A stretch of 64,000 nucleotides of DNA. Origin: Vicinamibacteria bacterium (GTDB taxonomy: Bacteria; Acidobacteriota; Vicinamibacteria; Marinacidobacterales; Marinacidobacteraceae). The notes under the pieces were generated by a model. It saw only the letters and a list, made by a program, of their open reading frames with translations, was not told the DNA's origin and made no database searches. Made by a program: the position numbers and the translations under genes. Positions 59,131 through 64,000 of the stretch are shown in pieces. Position 1 is the first letter of the stretch. Each line of letters opens with the position of its first letter. The stretch covers positions 2,284,157-2,348,156 of the forward strand of contig OZ241322.1 in the NCBI GenBank assembly GCA_965199715.1, written 5' to 3'.

Positions 59131-61227
59131 CTAGAAGCCGTCGGCCCGGCGCGGCGGCGCCAGCTTCACCGCCCAGAGGCCGCTGTTGAAGTCGGAGAAG
59201 AAGATCACGCCCTTGTGGGGCTGCGGCCCCCACACGAAGGGCGCGTTCGGGATGAAGCCGTCAGGATCGTCCGAGTAGAACTTGGCCACCTCGCGACCCT
59301 GCCGGTAGAGGTCGCCGACCAGTTCGCCCGAGACGTCCACCACGCGGAGGCCGCCATTGAAGTAGGCCACGTACATGAGGTCCTGCTCCACGTCGATCCA
59401 GAGGTTGTGGGGACCGGCTTCGGGGACCCGGTAGCGGGCGATCTCCACCGGGTTGTCGGGGTCGTCGAACTCGTTGAAGTGGATCCAGCCCATGGCGCGG
59501 GACGGCATCCGCTCCTCCCACGCGATGATCGGCCCCGGAATCCGCGGGTTCACCGGGTGGGACTCGTCGCCGGTGACCACGTAGAACCGGTCCGCCGAGC
59601 GGCTGCGGAACGGCCAGACCGCGTGGTTCCAGCCGGTGAGCTGGTAGAGCCGTCCCATCTCCACCGGCGCGGCGGGGCTGCCGCCCATGCCGCCGCCGCC
59701 CACGTCCACAACTACCAGACCGTCGGTGTTGCCGGCCTGAAACGCGATCCCCTCATGAATCCACACGTCGTGCACGCTGCGGCCCGGACGCGGGTCCTCG
59801 AAGCGGGACACGCGGAACGGGTTTCTCGGGTCCTCGGCGTTCACGACGTCCCAGCGCCGCCCGTTGTTGATCGCGTAAATGTGGCCTTCGTGGAGAAACA
59901 CGTTGTGGACGCCGCCGGTGAGCTCGTCGTCGAACCGGGACAGGATCTCCGGGTTCCTCGGGTCCGCCACGTCGAGGATGACGAATCCGTTCCGGCGATT
60001 GGACGCGCCCTCCCTCGTGATCACGGCGATCCGCCCGTCCGCCGAGACCTTCACGTCGTTCACGGTGCGGGCGTCCACCTGCACTTCAGCGATGCGCTCC
60101 ATGTTCGCCGGATCGGTCACGTCGAAGAAGAGCGCCTTCCCGTCGGCGTTCCAGGTGCCGAGGACGGCGTAGTCGCGTCCGTCCTCCCCCTCCCAGATCC
60201 ACAGGTCCGAGGTGGCGCGGTCCCGCACCGGCGCGTGGCCGACGAACTGCAGCGTCTTCTCCACGCCCCTCGGAACGACCCGGATCGGAATCTCGGCCCG
60301 GGCGTCGCCTGATGCCGCCGAGACGACGTAGAGGCCGGGCTGCTCGGCGACGAACCGCCCGTCGGGAAGCACGTGCGCCGGAGCGCCCGCGCCTACGGTG
60401 TCGTAGCGGCTCGGGTCGGGGTGCGATTCGAGCGCGAAGCGCACCGGGGCGTTGCTGAGGGCCGCGCCCGCGGAATCCGTCACGGTCGCCGAGAGGCGCA
60501 CCGCATCCCCGGTGCGGATCGCGTCCGGCAGCGGCTTCCCGTCGAACGCAGCCTCGAGCGCGACCGCAGCCGCGGGGTTCGGGACGATCTCGATCGCGGC
60601 CTCGGCAACCAGATCGCCTTCCCGAGCGGTCAGCGTGACCCGGCCGGGCGTGAGCGCCCGCAGCACTCCGGCGGCGTCCGCCACATACGTCGCCGGGCGC
60701 GGCCGGTCGTAGTACGGGTGGGCGTGGAACGCTCCGGCGAAGAGCGGCCCGAAGGAGGTCACGACCGCGGCGTCGCCGTCCGCCCGCAGTTCGGGACGCA
60801 CGTCCCGGGGCTCCGCGCCGGTGTCCTCGGCGATCACCCGCACCCGCACGCTGGCCCCCGCCAGGACCCGCTCGGGGAGATCGACGAAGCGCAGCGCAGC
60901 CAGCCTCGACGGGAGCACCCGCACCGGAATCTCCACCCGGACTCCGGGATCGTCATGGGCCGTGAACCCGGGCGTCGTTCCCGCCGCCGGGGAGAGCGCG
61001 ACCAGCACGTGCTCGCCGGCGCGATGCGCGGTCACGACCCCGGCGTGCGAGACGCTCACGTCCGCCGGGGCCAGCGAGAAGAACAGCACCCGCGAGTCCT
61101 CGGCCCCGCTGACGGTCGCGGTCAGCGTCGCCGTGTCGCCGACCCGCAACTCCAGCGCCGCGGGCGCCACTTCGAGCGTCGGCTCCTCCTGCGCGAACCC
61201 GGCGAGCACAAGCGCCAGAAGGATCAC
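59131..61227 (-). CDS. Secreted Ig-like + LVIVD-repeat protein (paralog 2)
   Basis: GTG coupled to the upstream stop; signal peptide; VDARTVNDVKVS, GGVHNVF, SVHDVW, GPHNLW, GLRVVDVSG, WGPQPHKG. Confidence 0.88.
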   Translation of the reverse strand: MILLALVLAGFAQEEPTLEVAPAALELRVGDTATLTATVSGAEDSRVLFFSLAPADVSVSHAGVVTAHRAGEHVLVALSPAAGTTPGFTAHDDPGVRVEIPVRVLPSRLAALRFVDLPERVLAGASVRVRVIAEDTGAEPRDVRPELRADGDAAVVTSFGPLFAGAFHAHPYYDRPRPATYVADAAGVLRALTPGRVTLTAREGDLVAEAAIEIVPNPAAAVALEAAFDGKPLPDAIRTGDAVRLSATVTDSAGAALSNAPVRFALESHPDPSRYDTVGAGAPAHVLPDGRFVAEQPGLYVVSAASGDARAEIPIRVVPRGVEKTLQFVGHAPVRDRATSDLWIWEGEDGRDYAVLGTWNADGKALFFDVTDPANMERIAEVQVDARTVNDVKVSADGRIAVITREGASNRRNGFVILDVADPRNPEILSRFDDELTGGVHNVFLHEGHIYAINNGRRWDVVNAEDPRNPFRVSRFEDPRPGRSVHDVWIHEGIAFQAGNTDGLVVVDVGGGGMGGSPAAPVEMGRLYQLTGWNHAVWPFRSRSADRFYVVTGDESHPVNPRIPGPIIAWEERMPSRAMGWIHFNEFDDPDNPVEIARYRVPEAGPHNLWIDVEQDLMYVAYFNGGLRVVDVSGELVGDLYRQGREVAKFYSDDPDGFIPNAPFVWGPQPHKGVIFFSDFNSGLWAVKLAPPRRADGF

Positions 61228-63275
61228 TCGCCGCCTCCGGCCGCGTCTTCGCCCGTCTCCTTCAGGCGCACCGCCCAGAGGCCGCTGTTGAAGTCGGCGA
61301 GGAAGATCGTGCCCTTGTGCGGCTGCGGCCCCCAGGTGAACGCCGCGTTCGCGAGGAAGCCCTCGTTGTCCTCGGGGAAGAACCGGGCGATCTGCCGCCC
61401 TTGCCGATAGAGGTCCCCGAACAGCTCCCCGGAGACGTCCACCACCCGGAGTCCGGCATCGTAGTACCCGACGTACATGATCTCCTCCTCCCAGTCGATC
61501 CACAGGTTGTGCGGCCCCGAATCGGCGAGCTCGAACCGCGCCACCTCCTCCGGATTCGCCGGATCGGTGAAGTCCACGAAGTGCAGCCAGCCCTTCGCCC
61601 GGGATGGAATCGCCTCCTGCCAGAGAATCCCCCCGGCGTCCGGCCGGCGCGGGTTCAGGTAGAACGCCTCGTCTCCGCCCACCACGTAGAGCTTGCCGGT
61701 GGACGGGCTCCGGAACGGCCAGACCGCGTGGTTCCAGCCCGTGATCTGCGGGAACCGGCCCATCTCCACCGGGGTGTTGGGGCTGCCGCCCATGCCGCCG
61801 CCCCCCACGTCCACGAGCACGAGGCCGTCGGTGCGGCCGGCCTGGTAGGCGATTCCGTCCCGGACCCAGACGTCGTGGACCGAGCGCCCCGGACTCGTGG
61901 TCTCGTAGCGGGAGACCCGGAACGGGTTGCGCGGATCCTCCACGTTGATGACGTCCCAGCGGCGGCCGTTGTTCACCGCATAGACGTGGCTCTCGTCGAG
62001 AAAGACGTTGTGGACCCCGCCGGTGAGGCCCTGGTCGAAGCTGGAGAGGATCTGGACGTCGTGCGGGTTCGAGCAGTCGAGCAGCACGACTCCGTTGCGT
62101 CGGTTCGAGGCGCCCTCGCGGCTGATCGCGCAGACCGAGCCGTCGGCGGAGACCTTCACGTCGTTCACCGTCCGGGCGTCCACCTGGACGGTGTCGATGA
62201 GCTGCATGTCCCTCGGGTCGGTCACGTCGTAGAAGTAGGCGTGCCCCTCGGCGTTCCACGTCCCGTGGACCGCGTAGTCGCGCCCGTCGGCGCCCTCCCA
62301 GACCCACAGATCCCCGGTGACCCGGTCCGAGACCCGGGCGTGGCCGAGAAACTCGACCTCCCGCTCCACGCCCCTCGGGACGGCGCGCACCGAGCGCTTG
62401 GCCAGCCGGTCGCCGCTCATCGCGATCACCGTATAGACCCCGGGCTGCTCGGCCACGAACCGGCCCCGCTGGTCCACCTGCGCCGGCGCGCCGGCTCCGA
62501 GCGATTCGGGGCGGAACGGGTCGGGACGGGACTCCAGCGCGAACCGGACCGGCACGTCGGGGAGCGGCGCCCCGTCGGCGCCGACCGCGGTCGCCTCGAA
62601 GCGGAGCACGTCGCCGGTGCGGACGTCCGCGCGTTCCGGGGCCGGCATCTCGACGCGCTCGGTCGGATTGGGGACGACGCGCACCTCGTGCGCCGCCGAG
62701 AGCTCGCCGTACTCGGCGACGATCCGGACCGCGCCTTCGCCGGCGAAGGTCGCCATGCCGAAGGCGTCCACCGTCGCGAGCGCCGGGTCGCTCGCGCTCC
62801 AGCGCACCGCGAGCCCCTCCCGAACGTCCTCGGCGCCGTCCTCGCCCTCGACGACGAACGTTACGGTCGTGCCGGCGTACGCGGTCCCGGGCGCGCCCGA
62901 GAAGCGCAGCGCCTCCATCGCCGGGGTCGGCACGGTCACCGTGATCGTGGCCCGCACGCCCGGATCCCGGTTGCTGTAGTAGTCCCAGACCCCGTCGAAC
63001 GCTTGGTCGGGGAACAGCGCGGTGACCCGGTGCTCGCCGGGCCGGTTCGCGGTCACGAAGCCGCCCGGGGTCACCGTCAGCGACAGCCGGTTCCCCGAGA
63101 AGAACACGATCCCGGCGTCTTCCACGACCGCTCCCGACGGGTCGCGCACGGTCGCGGTCAACTGGCTGGACTCGCCCACGGCGAGGGTCAGCGCGTCGGG
63201 TTCGATCGAGACCGACGGGCGTTCCTGGGCGGCGGCCCCGGCGGCGAGGAGGGCGAAAGCGAGGGCGAGACTCAT
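61224..63275 (-). CDS. Secreted Ig-like + LVIVD-repeat protein (paralog 1)
   Basis: Signal peptide MSLALAFALLAAGAAAQ, Ig-like repeats, same propeller motifs as paralog 2. Confidence 0.9.
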   Translation of the reverse strand: MSLALAFALLAAGAAAQERPSVSIEPDALTLAVGESSQLTATVRDPSGAVVEDAGIVFFSGNRLSLTVTPGGFVTANRPGEHRVTALFPDQAFDGVWDYYSNRDPGVRATITVTVPTPAMEALRFSGAPGTAYAGTTVTFVVEGEDGAEDVREGLAVRWSASDPALATVDAFGMATFAGEGAVRIVAEYGELSAAHEVRVVPNPTERVEMPAPERADVRTGDVLRFEATAVGADGAPLPDVPVRFALESRPDPFRPESLGAGAPAQVDQRGRFVAEQPGVYTVIAMSGDRLAKRSVRAVPRGVEREVEFLGHARVSDRVTGDLWVWEGADGRDYAVHGTWNAEGHAYFYDVTDPRDMQLIDTVQVDARTVNDVKVSADGSVCAISREGASNRRNGVVLLDCSNPHDVQILSSFDQGLTGGVHNVFLDESHVYAVNNGRRWDVINVEDPRNPFRVSRYETTSPGRSVHDVWVRDGIAYQAGRTDGLVLVDVGGGGMGGSPNTPVEMGRFPQITGWNHAVWPFRSPSTGKLYVVGGDEAFYLNPRRPDAGGILWQEAIPSRAKGWLHFVDFTDPANPEEVARFELADSGPHNLWIDWEEEIMYVGYYDAGLRVVDVSGELFGDLYRQGRQIARFFPEDNEGFLANAAFTWGPQPHKGTIFLADFNSGLWAVRLKETGEDAAGGGE

Positions 63276-63322
63276 CCGCCCAAATTACCAGTACCATTCC
63301 GCGCCGGCGTCCCGGCGCACGC

Positions 63323-64000
63323 ATGACTCTCGAAGCCCTCTGGCCGCTCCTCCTCCTGCCGCTGCTGGCGGTCATGGTTCTGGTCGCGCGCCGGTCCGGC
63401 CTCCGCTGGCCCGCTCCCCGCGCGCGCGCCGCGCTGGGGCTCCGGCTCGCCGCCGCCGCGCTGCTGCTCTCCGCGCTCTGCCAGCCGGTCGTGAACGCGC
63501 GCTCCCGCGAGGTCGCGGTCGCCTTCGTCGTGGACGTTTCGCGCAGCATCGCCGCCGGGTCCATCCAGGACGCGGTGGCGTGGTCCGAGGCGGTCGCCCG
63601 GCGGCTCGGCCCCGGCGACGCCCATTTCGTGGCCTTCGCCGACCGGGCGACCGCGACCGCGTCGGCGGGCGAACTCCTCGGGGTGCAAGTGTTCGACAGC
63701 GCGGGCGGCGGCCGGGCGCCCGACGGCGCGCTCGACCAGGGCGCGACCAACCTCGAGGCGGCGCTCCGGTACGCCGCCGCGCGCCTGCCCCCCGACCGGC
63801 TCAAGCGGATCGTCCTGTTCACCGACGGGCGGGAGACCGAGGGCGACAGCGCCCGCGTAGTGGACGCGCTCAAGGGCAGCGGCGTCCGCATCTTCCCGAC
63901 TCCGGTCACGGTCCGCTCCGACGGCGGCGCCTTCGTGGACCGGATCCACGTCCCGCCCGGCGTCCGCGCCGGCGAGATAGTGGGCATCGAGGTGGACGTG
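63323..64000 (+). CDS. VWA-domain membrane protein (runs off the right edge)
   Basis: Hand-translated from ATG 63323: two TM segments, MIDAS VVDVSRSI, ATNLEAAL, IVLFTDGRET. Confidence 0.85.
   Translation, partial: MTLEALWPLLLLPLLAVMVLVARRSGLRWPAPRARAALGLRLAAAALLLSALCQPVVNARSREVAVAFVVDVSRSIAAGSIQDAVAWSEAVARRLGPGDAHFVAFADRATATASAGELLGVQVFDSAGGGRAPDGALDQGATNLEAALRYAAARLPPDRLKRIVLFTDGRETEGDSARVVDALKGSGVRIFPTPVTVRSDGGAFVDRIHVPPGVRAGEIVGIEVDV

Noticed and set aside
59131-63987. 1618-aa ORF in the track
   Set aside because: Only 59131-61227 is protein-like. The rest is an Arg/Gly/Pro-rich off-frame reading over paralog 1 and antisense to the VWA gene.

Overview
High-GC bacterial DNA. The gene content (PQQ beta-propeller dehydrogenase, LVIVD proteins, CRTAC1/FG-GAP and multiheme-TPR genes) resembles Acidobacteriota-type genomes; this is inference only. 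Bases 1-~13,450 form a visibly more AT-rich, tightly coupled minus-strand operon of at least 10 genes that runs off the left edge. Its order is: non-DndC PAPS-reductase-family protein, cysteine desulfurase, GHKL/MORC-like ATPase, two hypothetical proteins, dnd-associated methyltransferase, alphaCTD/sigma70-r4/wHTH protein, PLD-SF2 helicase, small protein, SMC/DndD-like ATPase. It looks like an atypical sulfur-based DNA modification/defence system and is the main novelty candidate. The rest is mostly core or metabolic. It includes a 10-kb operon with two multiheme cytochromes, FG-GAP proteins and a Gln-variant B3 metallo-beta-lactamase, a probable selenoprotein (UxxC with a SECIS-like hairpin), a SorAB-type sulfite dehydrogenase, a SmaI-like type II R-M pair, a NERD helicase, decayed XRE-ImmA and HNH remnants, an orphan HigA, and many leaderless-type promoters. 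No rRNA, tRNA, CRISPR array, integrase or transposase was recognised. All family assignments come from motif reading, not database searches.
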